Assembly: GCF_008831285.2 (NCBI RefSeq)
Contig: NC_045138.2
Location: 6,510,001-6,574,000 of the forward strand
Direction: 5' to 3'
DNA: 64,000 nucleotides
Origin: Nymphaea colorata
Taxonomy: Eukaryota
Position numbers and translations under genes: made by a program. The notes beneath the pieces were generated by a model, which was given only the letters and a program-made list of their open reading frames with translations, was not told the DNA's origin and did not search any database. Of the stretch, positions 52,361 through 64,000 are shown piece by piece (positions within the stretch are counted from its first letter, which is position 1; every line of letters starts with the position of its first letter).

Positions 52361-52857
52361 CACCCAATGATTTTGAAAATCTAGTCAATGCAGATGGGTT
52401 TCAACCTACAAGCTCCACAAATATCTCTAATACCGAACCACATTGATAAAGGTTTGATGAGAACCCCCATCAACCCAAACACTTGAACTTGAAAACTCAA
52501 CAATTAGTCTCCAATAGGATAATCCTATTGAAGCTATCACACAGCTTCATCGTTCATCAAGAACCCATAAACCTTCTGTTTTATTGTAAGACCTCTATTC
52601 CAGTGTGGCCATGCAATAGAAGCTTACAAGCCCAATTATCGTCAAGAAGGAATTAATGTTCTCGATTGGTACCTCTTTATCTAGTCTATATTTCTTGCAT
52701 TCCTAATCTGGTTGGCTATGGTGAAGCAGGACATCATCATTAAGGGAAGCATGCCATGGCACCATAGGAAAATACATGGGTCTTTTGAATAAAGTACAAG
52801 GCTACTGGACAATTGAAAGGCATGAGGCTCATTTAATAGTTATTCATAGGTTAAAGG

Positions 52858-53051
52858 TAAGGAGGAGCCGGAAATTTTTTATGAGGCGGACCTAATTAAA
52901 GTTTTTAAATTTTAACTAGGGCCAAAATGTTATTTTTTAAAGTTTTTATATAAAATAAGTGAAATTCTTTTAAAATTTACATGTAATTTTTTTAAAAAAA
53001 ATTGATGTGTGGCCAAAGCCCAAGCGGGCCCTACCTTGACTCTGCCCCCTG
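52858..53051. mobile_element. hAT-type MITE
   Basis: Ends CTCTGCCCCCTG; TSD GTTAAAGG / GTTGAAGG (1 mismatch); same family as 4206-4396. Confidence 0.75.
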
Positions 53052-55347
53052 GTTGAAGGTAGACACTATCACGAAACTTCCACACTAATTGTGAAGATGG
53101 TTATTATAAGGCGTTTGTCATGAAAAATGGACATGAATAATGCATTTTTGCAAAGTTACATGGACTTGCCTTGTGGGTATGAAAGAAAAGGAAAGATGCG
53201 TATGTAAGTTGATAGAATCAATTTATGATATGAACACTTATTATTGAAAAGAAATTATTTTCTTTTGTTATTATAATATTAAGTTGAAGAGAGCATAATT
53301 TGATAAATAATAATTAAAGCGGCATTTTTAAAAGAAAATTTTGTCTTTGGTTAAGAAACTTTATTTTCAGTAGTAAAATATTTCCATTGTTTTAATGAAG
53401 AATCTTTACTTTCAGTAGTAAAATAAGATTCGTGAAGCTTTTAGCGTCATTTTAAATTGTGACTGACAACACATCATTACGACCCTGATTTGAGCTCCTT
53501 GGCAATAAGAACACTAAAAAATGCGATAATGACGTTTTTTTTTTTTTTTTTCAATTTCATGTTTTTAAGGTGATATTTTGATAATAACCATACTTTTTTA
53601 TAATGGCACAAAGAAATTTTGGTTTGCGCTTGAACTATGTCTAATCTAGTCTAAGGCAGCGTTTGTATTATATACTAAAAAATCTAGTTTTATCTAAACA
53701 AATTTTCAAAAAAGTAGTTTTTTAGTTATTTTTGAAAACCTATCTGTGGGTTTGGATAATGAGACCAAAACACATTTTTTGTGTGAATAACCAATGAAGT
53801 GTCAAATCATTCATTCCTTTTTCAAAAACATGTTTTGTCAAATATGAGTTTCGGCAAAACTCATTTTTTATATCATCCAAACAAATAACAATTTTTAACT
53901 TCAAAAACTGTGTTTTTAAATTGATTTTGAGGTGTCTTCTGCAAAAAATTCTGGGTCAGAGGGAGCAGTTGACAGCTTCAGCTCAGCTCATGGATGTAGG
54001 CAAATCGATAGTTCGGAAAATTGGATCCTAGAACAGTAAAAAATGCGATAAAACAAGTTGCTTGTCATTTCTTATTTTCTCAAGCTTTTACCACGATATT
54101 TTTTTAATAACGATATATATATTTTTTTACAATGGTGCAAACAACTTCGGGTTTGGGTTAATCTAAACTAAGGCAGCGTTTAGATGACACACTCAAAATT
54201 AAAGGACAGGTTTTACCCAAATTAATTTTTCAAAAAGTTGGTTTTTTAGTCATTTTTGGAGAACTTAATTGTGTGTTTGCGTAATGAGAATAGGGATGTC
54301 AACGGATCAGATTCGAATCAGATATATCCTTAACCATATCCGCTTTTTCGTCACATATTCGGATTCAAATTCAAATACAGAAAAGTTATATCTGAATCTG
54401 AATCTGAATCTGAAATCCGATTTGACAATCTGAATCCGATTTTGATATTTATATCTAAATTCCAATACGAATCTTGAACTAGATTTTGCCAATTTTCAAA
54501 ATTTAATAGCATTAGATGCATGATATTTGTCTAAAAATGAATTCGATCCGAATTCGAATATGAATCTGATTGGATATTTGTGTATACCCGAATCTGAATC
54601 CGGTCGGATGCCATTTATTAAATCTGAATCTGATCTGATTTCTTAATCCGATATTAAATTTTTTTTCATATCCATTTTTTTCAGATCGGATTGGTCAGAT
54701 ATCCTATTCAAATCCAATATATTCACATCCTTAAATGAGTCCAACACATTCAGAGAGGAGTGTCAAGTCAATCTCATTCACTAGGAGATTGCTGCTGTGG
54801 CGTCTCCTGCGCTTTTAAATTTCAAATTCAGGAAATCTGAATTCATGAAGGGGTTGACCTAGTGGAAGCGGAAAGTATCAAGGGTTATGATTTGATTTTC
54901 ATGGTTGTCAACCCTCAGCAAAAACCGAAGCGAGGCAAAGCTAAGTGCAATGTAGCCCTTGAAGACAAAGACCCTGTAATCTTGTAACTCATGCAAATGG
55001 CTTCTTTTGTATGTCGCTTTCTACAATGGAGGCAGGCTGGTTTGGTGTGGGCTTAAGAAAACAGGATCAGAATCACAGGAAAGAGCAGCCTGCGTCTAGT
55101 GACTAAAAAAAACATTAATTAAGATAAATTTTTCGCTATAAATGAACCCAAATACATACAGAAGTCATGCTTCATTTTGAGCCCAAAAGTGCACATATTT
55201 GTTGTTTAGATGAGTAGAATGCTAACCCTACTCTCAAGGGAAGGTCATAGCCTCTCCTTTTCCTTATCCCTTTAGGGCTTAGGACTGTTTTGAACTCATA
55301 GTGCAGACTCCAAATATTCACTGCAATTTGTTTGCCATGACATAAAA

Positions 55348-55384
<37 letters not shown>

Positions 55385-55546
55385 AATAGTGAATAGTTTT
55401 TTAGTCACCCAAGTGGCTAATCTATATTGTTCGATTGAACATGATGGTGGCTTTGATGGGGAGCTCGTTTGAACATGATGGACAGTTAAGAGAAAAATAA
55501 AGAGAAAAAGGTGATAGGTATTTTCATCATCTAATATTAATTTATA
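52930..55546. repeat. Right arm of the ~2.7-kb inverted duplication (partner ~7105-9790)
   Basis: Reverse-complement collinearity, including the TAGGGATGTCAA MITE at 54291-54733. Confidence 0.85.
54291..54733. mobile_element. hAT-type MITE (paralog of 7958-8405)
   Basis: TAGGGATGTCAA ... TTCACATCCTTA; imperfect TSD AATGAGAA / AATGAGTC. Confidence 0.75.
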
Positions 55547-55658
55547 CATTTTTCTCTCAACCATCCGTCTGCTTTAGATGGACAGCCTTAGTTAGAAATC
55601 TGGGTGACTCTATATAACAAAAATAGTTCAGTCACACACACACACACACACATAGTCC

Positions 55659-58600
55659 GGCTGGTCGTGCCGACTTGCGTGTCAGCCTGCGTAGAGTGGT
55701 GGTGGTATGAAATCATGGTGGTGCTCTGCGGGCTGCTGGCGGACCCAAAGGAGGCGACGGTTTCTGTGGATTTTCTGTGGTACAGCCAGGACGAAGACAG
55801 TCTCACCACCGTCACCACCTTTGGGTCCGTCCGCAGCCCGCAGAACACCACCATGATTTCATACCACCACCACTCTGGGCAGACGGACACGCAAGTCGGC
55901 ACGGCCAGTGGAGCAGACCACCCCAAGGCGCAGTACAGAAGCTTCCATTGCTGCATGTCGTAGGCCTGGCCGAAGAAGGGCTCCATCCCCATCAGCAGGC
56001 CAGATATGACGGAGTAACCTGCTATGTTTGCAAATCCGATTGCTAGCGAGGGGAGCCGACGATTATGGGAGTCATCGTGGTCGGAGAGGGAGGACGTGGC
56101 TTTGATGGGGAGCTCGTCTGGAAAGAAAAGGTAAGAGGAGGAAGCTGGAGGAGGAAATTAGATGGTGGCTTGCACATTCTCTTTTCATCCTCTGCTACGT
56201 AAAACTAGTAAACAGCTGGCATGGAAGAATGCAAGGAAAGAGGAGCTGAATTTGAAATGCTCTTAAAAGGGGAAGGGAGAAGGAGAATATTCATAGTGGC
56301 TCCTCATCCTCCTCCACCTTACGTTAACTTACCTTACTAACAAAGGCAGAACCGCTTGATCCTTTTCCCCTAATCAATTCAGACCCTCATCCCAATCCCC
56401 ATTATCATATCCATAAGGAACCCATTTTGCAAAACCTGCATCAACAAGTAACAAGTAACAGGCATATACTAAAAGCAAACCCCAAAGTCGTGTGTTGTTT
56501 TTCTTCAAGGCCAAAACTCAAATTAATCTGCCGCCGTTCATGCCCATCACCCCTGCTCCATCCTCCATACACATCGCCTCAAGAGAGGAAAATTCTTTTT
56601 CTACTTGTTCGAACTAAAACCAGAAAAAAAATCAAATCAAATCTTTCTTTTCTTCCTCCAAAGAATCACATGCTACATGTTTTGCCCAAGATGAAGATGA
56701 TAAAGGATATTTCAATAAGCACCAATCTGCAGGGGCAGTCTGATAGGCTCCAAAAGTCCAAGTAAAACATCTTTTTGTGTACACAGAAAAACATTTTGAC
56801 AAAAAGTTAGAAGCCTTCAGCTCTCTAGTCTTTTCTTTTGTTAATTTTACCCTTTTTTTACAAGCTAAACGGATGAAGTTTTTTCAAGAAAAAAATTCTC
56901 GCTTTCATGCTCTCTCTCTCTCTCTCTCTCTATCTATATATATATATTTTAACACCAGAGAAGCACCAACCCAAGATATCGAACACAATCCCCCAAAAAG
57001 AGAAACCACCACCAGAAAGCAAGCAACACAATATATTTCATCGGTTTGATTCCTGTAAGCACTACTCTCTGGACTGCAAACAGTGACTCAAAATGATCAC
57101 ATTTTGAAAAATTTGGTTTTTGTTGATTGATAAGATTTTTCTTAGTGACCTTTTCTTTTCATTTTCTTCCTTTCTCAAGAGCATCAATCAGCAATGAAAT
57201 ACTGGAAGGGTTGGAAGTAGGAACCTTTCAAAATTGATGTTGCTTCTGAACTAATTTTATGAACATGGTTAAGAATCTAACTGGATGACAGAATTTAGCA
57301 GATTATTCTTCTTCTTGTGGTTCAAAATCGTTTATGGTGGTGTCATTTCCAGAAACCATTTGCAACAAACTCTTCAAAAGATCCCCATTTCTTGTCCCAG
57401 TCCTCAGAGGCTAATAACCTCTTCTCTCTCTCTCTCTCCAGGGGATAGGTTGGGTTCTTGCTTTTGGGGCATTAAAAATGAAAAATAGAAGACATGAAAG
57501 CATAAATACTTTATGAAAAAGATAATAAAAAATAATGATAAACTAAAAACTGAGAAGCAAATCGAAAACATATTTGACAAACAATTTTCAACCCACTGAA
57601 AAAGCTCATTACAACATCTCTCACTAAAAATTTCCTAAAAGAGTACGTCATTGAATCGAGTGAAGGCCCAAACCTTCACGTCTCCGATCTCAATCGTCGT
57701 AGAGTTCAGGACGACCTACTTTTGTTGTATAGGGTAACACCACCACTATACTTCAAATTTCATATCGATACATTATTACTTTTTGCAGTACAAAAATTTG
57801 ATGCTACAAAAGTTTGAAACCGAGACTGACTGCTTAGTGGCTCCCTCCCTCAAGAATAATATATAAATATTAAATGGATTGCCTAAGGGAGAGATGAACC
57901 AATTACTTGAAATAATCTTTAGGCTGATAAGGAAGGAGAGGATTCTCCAATTTTCCTCATCACTTTCCTCCCTATATACATTTTATTTTTTTTCAATTAT
58001 TTAATTATTATGGTCAACATTCCGTGAAAAGTACTGCCCACTTGCCTTCACATTGGTGGGGGCAAAATTTTACAATCTCCCTTACCATTTTTCTCCATAT
58101 ATAATTATATTCTTTTTCTTTATTTAATTTTTATTATAAATACTTGATGAAACAATAGTTCACTTGTTTTTAGCAATGTCTTCAAATTTTGAATCTGAAA
58201 GCAAAATGATTCTATGAACCAGGGAATCCAATCCGAATCGTTTGTTAATAAAAAGTTAATTAAATATTTATTTAGATATAAAAATTAAACAATTGAAAAG
58301 TCAGTCAGGAAAAGAAGCAAAATTTTTAAAAACTAAAAAAAACACAATGAACTCATTTAATGGCGATTCTGCACCTGCTAGCAACATTTTTTTTAGTAGC
58401 AATAAAAAACCAGTTATTATTTAAGGTCTAGTGAAATAAATTAAAACTTATTGTACGGTCTATTAAATAAAAGAAAATGTTGAAGGGCTATTTGTACAAT
58501 TTTTGGTCGTCCTTCTACCCATACATATATAAGGTGGAGCGGTGGATCCATACAAAAATCGCCAGATTTTTCATGGGCATTGAGTTGGCCTTCAGCAAAC

Positions 58601-59905
58601 TGGTAAAGAACCGATTTGATTCGAAATGGCCGATTCACCGATTTTAATAACACTAGTTTTTACATTGATGAGGTTGGGATTGTGATTTAATCTTCTTCAT
58701 CGTTTTTCTCCATATATAATTTTATTTTTTCTCTAATTATTAATTTATATGATAAAGACTACTTGAAAATTATTGCCCACTTGTTTTCACACGATTGTGT
58801 ATGAAGTGAGCTAATAAACTCTTGTTAATATAACTAAAACAAAATCAGAAATTGAATCGAATGGACCGATTCTAAAAAAATAATAATAATAAGAAAAAGA
58901 AAAACATATAAAAGCTTATTGAAAGTTAAAAAATAAAAAAAATAAAACAATGAACAAAAAAATAATGTGTGTCACATGGGGTAAGACGGCATTGAAATAG
59001 ATTTTGGCAGAGGTAAGCAAAGATGAAACCTAGGGCATTGGCTCTCAGCTTTGGGACCATTAACGGAGCTTAATGACTCGTTTGCATGAGGAACATTGTG
59101 CGAGTGTTTTATGATTCTTACTCAAATATTGAGTTAAATTTATGAACCACTTGAATAATTTTTTCATGAATCTTCTCCAATATTTAAGGCAGATTAATAA
59201 AACAACCTCATGTCTGACAGTTCAAAAGTGCAAAAGTGCCTTTCTACATCTTATTGACAGGCAGTCCGTCCCTACTATTCTATTGTCCTATAGAAATATA
59301 TTTATACCATGTGCCCTATATAATTTACTTTTTATGTATTTTTATTTTTCTAACTTTTAATGGACTTTTAAGTTTTTTTTATTTAATTACTTCGAATCAA
59401 TCAATTTTTTATTTTAGTTAATTCATGGGTAGAGTCTACCTCACTTATTATACCAAATCATGTGAAAACAAGTGGGCAGTACCTTTCATATAGTCTTCAT
59501 CATAGAAATTAATTAAAATAAAAAGTGGAAATTATATATAGGAGGAAAACGACCAAGAAGATTGAAAAAATCCTTTCTCCATCAATGTAAGGCAAAACCA
59601 GTGACCGATACTATTTATGGAGTATTTATAATAGAAATTAAATGAAGAAAAAAAAATAAAATTATATACAAAGAAAAATCATAAGGAAGACTAGAGAGTC
59701 TTCCCTCTCATCGATGTGAAAGCAAGTGGGTGGTACAATCTTCGTGGAGTCTTCACCATAATAATTAAGTAAATAATATATATATATTTAAATGGGTGTG
59801 AATAACTTATGCCCCCCAACCCTCCCAAAAAAAAAACTTTGGTTTTTCTTTCCACTCGTTGCTAAACACTTCAACCAGGTCTCAAATTATTGTTAAAAAA
59901 CTATG
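55659..59905 (+). repeat. Copy 2 of the ~4.3-kb direct duplication (includes the hairpin core and the minus-strand MATE fragment)
   Basis: Near-identical to 32516-36792. Confidence 0.95.
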
Positions 59906-60570
59906 CACGGAAGGATGTAATATGCTGAAGACTCTTGCTAATATGCCGTCCTTGGAGTCCTTGAGTGTGACATGTTGTGAGCAAGTAGCCGATATGCCAG
60001 GACTCAAGTCATTGATTGTGTTCGGATCTAATATGCTGAAGACTCTTGCTAATATGCCGGCCTTGGAGTCATTGAGTGTGACATGTTGTGACAGCCTAGA
60101 GCAAGTAGCCGAGATGCCTACACTCAGGTCATTGGAGGTGGTTGGATGTAAGAGGCTGAAGACTCTGGCTCACATGCCTAACCTCTTTGACTTGAGACTA
60201 GATGGGGCGAAGGAATCAACATTTCCACCCTCCCTCAAGGATCTCTCCCAACTGGAGGAATTACGGCTCATAAATTTCACTGAAGACATCAGGCTGGGAG
60301 GCCTATGGCAATGCCTCCCAAAACTGAAAGCCCTCTGGGTTTCTGACTTCCTGAATCTCAAGTCTCTGGTGGACGTCAATAATATTGATTACTCCCCAAC
60401 AAAACTAAACAACATGTACCACAGATGCAAAGCAACAACAGATTGCCTTCCTCTTGAAGCTTGAACACTTAGCTATTTACAGATGCCCTGCACTCTATCT
60501 GCCACAGGAGTTAAGAGACGGTCTTGGAAACAGGTTAGAAGAAGATGATGAATGGAGCAATGTTGCTTAA
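59906..60570 (+). pseudogene. C-terminal LRR region of an NLR-type resistance gene, 5'-truncated and frameshifted
   Basis: Repeats GCNMLKTLANMPSLESLSVTCC, LEQVAEMPTLRSLEVVGCKRLKTL and LKDLSQLEELRL. After a frameshift: LEHLAIYRCPAL...*. Confidence 0.8.
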
Positions 60571-61055
60571 ATATTCATCTTTTTACATTTCATTGGCTCT
60601 TTTCTGAATCATATATATTAAAAAGTATAGCCATTAGATTGGTACTAGCCTTGGTTTATGATACTGTGACAGCTGTTGCAGTTTTACCAATGAATTATGG
60701 TTCTCTTAGAGGGTGTTTAAATGTCTTTAATGTTGACTTTATAATTGAAATGTCTTCAATGTTGATTCCACTTCTAACTTTCCTTTGTATTTAATAATAT
60801 GAAATTTTGATTTTAGAATTGAAAATGATGTGTTTGATAAAATAGAAATTAAAATTCCATAATTGATGAACTACGATCTTCGTAACAAATACCTTAAGGA
60901 AAAATGAAAAAAATCTAGAATCATAATTCCACATCCTAAGATACAATCACAAGATTCTATAACGAGCCCGAAATTCTAAAATCAAAACTTCATTTGATAA
61001 CACAATTCCCATATCATCAAAAATAAGAATTCTAATTCTAGAATTCTACAATTCC

Positions 61056-61330
61056 GTCCTCATCAAATACTCACTTAGGGATGACAGTATATCCAATTTG
61101 AATATGATATTTGATCAAACTGTTCCAAAAAAATCAAATATGAAAACAAATTGAATATCCACTTAAGAAATCAGATCGGATTTGGCTTCATGAAATGATA
61201 TCCGATCGGATTCTATATACATAAAATCTGATCGGATTCGGATATGGATTTAGATCACATTTATTTTTAAACAAATATCTCATATTTAATGCTCTTACAT
61301 TTTCAAAATAGGCTAAATTTGGTTCAAAGG
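61056..61330. mobile_element. Truncated copy of the TAGGGATG hAT-MITE family
   Basis: TAGGGATGACAGTATATCC followed by TCGGAT repeats; right TIR missing. Confidence 0.6.
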
Positions 61331-64000
61331 GAGATATTGAAGAAAGAGGCAGAGAGAGAGAGATAAGAAAGAATGAGAGATTTTAAGAGAGAAATCCAAG
61401 AGAAGAGAGAGAGAGATCTAAGAGAGAAAGTAACAAACGAGAGAGAAAAAAATATTTTAACAGAAAAATAGAATTATGCAATTATTTTATTGCTGAATAG
61501 AAAATTTCGTACACATGGGCCACTTAGTTGATCTATATTTGCACGAGTTACTTGATGATCTATATATGCAGTTCAGCTTTATATCTTCATTTGGAACACC
61601 TTGAAATATTTTCTGCAGTTCAAGATGAAGCCACTTTTTGTTCCAAGTAACTGGTTGCAGCATCGAATAGAATAAAAATTAATCCTTTTTAGATAGGTCG
61701 TTGAAAGAAAAACGAAGATAAAAAAAGTGATAGGTCAACAGCTTAATCTATTATTAGTTCACATTTTTTTTCTTTGTTTTTTCTCTCAACTGCTGATCTA
61801 CCAAGATCAAGAGTTGAAATTGTTTCTTATCTGTTTGGCATCTAAATGTCTTTTATCTCTCTCTCTCTCTCTCTTTCTTTATATATATATAGAGAGAGAG
61901 AGAGAGTGAGAATGCGCCACTTTTTCTTAGTTGTAATTAAAAAAAGGGGCAAAAGTGCAGGAGTTGCACTTTCTTTACTGAGTAGAGGTTCCTTCTTCTT
62001 TCTCTTCCAGGCATACCACCCCACCTCCCCCGGAACCAGTTGGGCCTTGTCGCAGCCTTGGACTATGGAGGCAAGGGGAAAAGAGGGGAGAGGCAAGGGG
62101 AAAAGAGGGGAGTTTCGGCTCCTTGGGCATCATAAAGTCCTTATAAGAAAAAATCCAGTCTTGATAAGCATAGGCCTAATATTGAAAATGGCGAAAACTG
62201 GTTCCTCTCTTGTGCATCTCGATCCCCTGAGACTTTATGTTCATCTCCTCATAAAAGTTGAGCATATAATTATCGACACAATTGAATTGATTATATAAAA
62301 GTGGGTATTAGTTGCATTATTAACTGCTTAAGTACATTATTTAATGGTCAAGGATTTATTCAAATGAGATATGTCATGGCTTCTTCCATTATTAAGGCCT
62401 GTAAGGTTTGGATTACCAAATCACTGCATGCTTCTTCTGAATTTATCAATTGAGAGATGATCATTAGAGTAAAAGTTAAACCATGTTATTAACCTAGTTT
62501 TGTTATTAAAATGAATTGGTTTAAGTTAATTTTGATGATAAAACCATATTCCTTACATGGTTTTTACTTTTTAGCGTCATCCAAACGGGCCCATATAAGA
62601 GAAATGTGCAAAGTAAAAAAAGAAGAAAAAAAGAAACAAGCAGAAACGATCGTCTCTCTCTCTCTCTCTCTCTCCTCCACCTCCTCTCCCTCTCTTCCCC
62701 CAACCCTCTTTCTTTTTTGGAAGAGTACATATTTGTTGCGTGCACAGCGTCTCAATCAAGATCATCTACCTAACTGGAAATAATAGTTGTTTACAAGAGA
62801 ATATATTCCTAATGCATTTATGGTTGGGTGGAAAACGCAACTCATGAATTGGAATTATCATCTGTAAACTCACATCAATTCAACTCCACCAGTAAAAGCA
62901 GGGCTTAACGTCTCGGATTCATATAAATAATTTGAGGGAGTCGTCTCAATGATCGACGACCATCATGGAATATCCTTCAATTGCCGAGGGATGAGGGTCC
63001 TTTAGTCTTGGAATCGAGCTTATCTTCAATTCTTTATTAATGGTGACAATGAAACCACTAGGCATGAACATGGTAGACAGAGCTCTTACAGGCGAGAGAA
63101 GGAGCATGTTCTAGAAGAATTAAGCTGCAAAAGTTTGAGGTTAAAAGTAACAACTAAAAAATTTTAGGTTGCTATTTAATAAAAAGGTGATCAACATGAA
63201 TGCAGCTAGTAGGGGCTAAAAGAGTGTGGAGGAGGTTTTTTTTTTCCACATTAAAATTACTTTTTGTCCTGTTTTCTAAATTAAATGGAGGGAGGCACTC
63301 TGCACCACTGACAGGACAATAATGTGGTATTGGAGCTAATTAAATTAAACGGACCCACTCGCTCAACTTGATTTCTACAAGGGGAGGGCCCAAGTTTACA
63401 AGTCAACTGTAATTGTCAGCAGCCTGGTCTTTATCTATATTCTTGCTTTGACCTTTTTTGACTTCCATTTTTTTTGGGCCTGTTTCAATGAATTTCATCT
63501 TCATGAAAAGTGATTTAGAATTATGGAATCATAATTCCATCTCATAGGATAGAATCACAATTCCAAAACTCTAATTCAAAAAATTTTTGTTGGATAACAT
63601 AGTTCTCATGTCATAAAAAATGAAAAATTTAATTTTAAAATTCCACAATTTTGGTCTGATCAAACACCCTCATGCTTCATTGCGGATGTACAAATAGATC
63701 GGCAGTTCTCAAAATTAAAATATTTGCCAGGGAAGGGCAACTACTTTCCTTGGGTTTCTTACTAATTAAGTTGATTAGTTTAACTTCAAGTGTTTAAAGG
63801 CCATTTTTCAAGAATGAATGTTGTTGAAACTTACTTGTATGGTGAAACAAGAGAAATGAATGAGTGATATTTTTGGTTTAACTACAATGAGAAAATGAGA
63901 AAAGAATACTTTACACTATCGGTGATGAAGCGATTAACAATTGCTTTGAGAACACTAAAAGTAGACAAGATTGATTATAGAACTTTATATTATAATAGTT

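Noticed and set aside
62760..63130. Possible further LRR remnant on the minus strand (SLRRLPQ)
   Set aside because: Too short and stop-ridden to support.

Overview
AT-rich, repeat-dominated flowering-plant genomic DNA. The only apparently intact gene is an intronless CML44-like calmodulin-like gene (minus strand, 2436-2891). The centre is a nested retrotransposon. A full-length but mutated 15.4-kb Ty3/gypsy Ogre/Tat-type element (14497-29891) has ~3.1 and 3.3-kb LTRs, an AGTTT target-site duplication, a PBS, a PPT, an extra plant-mobile-domain ORF1, gag-protease-G-patch and RT-RH-aRH-INT. It is inserted into a duplicated RT segment of an older LTR-less Ty1/copia remnant (~10950-30702). The right half is a patchwork of local duplications (~2.7 kb inverted, ~4.3 kb and ~1.1 kb direct), hAT-type MITEs with 8-bp TSDs, fold-back elements and NLR/LRR gene remnants. 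The most notable observations are (i) an array of five ~28-nt repeats with a predicted H-type pseudoknot fold in the Ogre 3' UTR, (ii) a long fold-back built from a MATE transporter gene fragment, a candidate proto-miRNA or hairpin-siRNA locus whose core is present twice, and (iii) the PMD plus G-patch plus aRH cargo of the Ogre element. All similarity calls were made by eye; no searches or folding computations were run.
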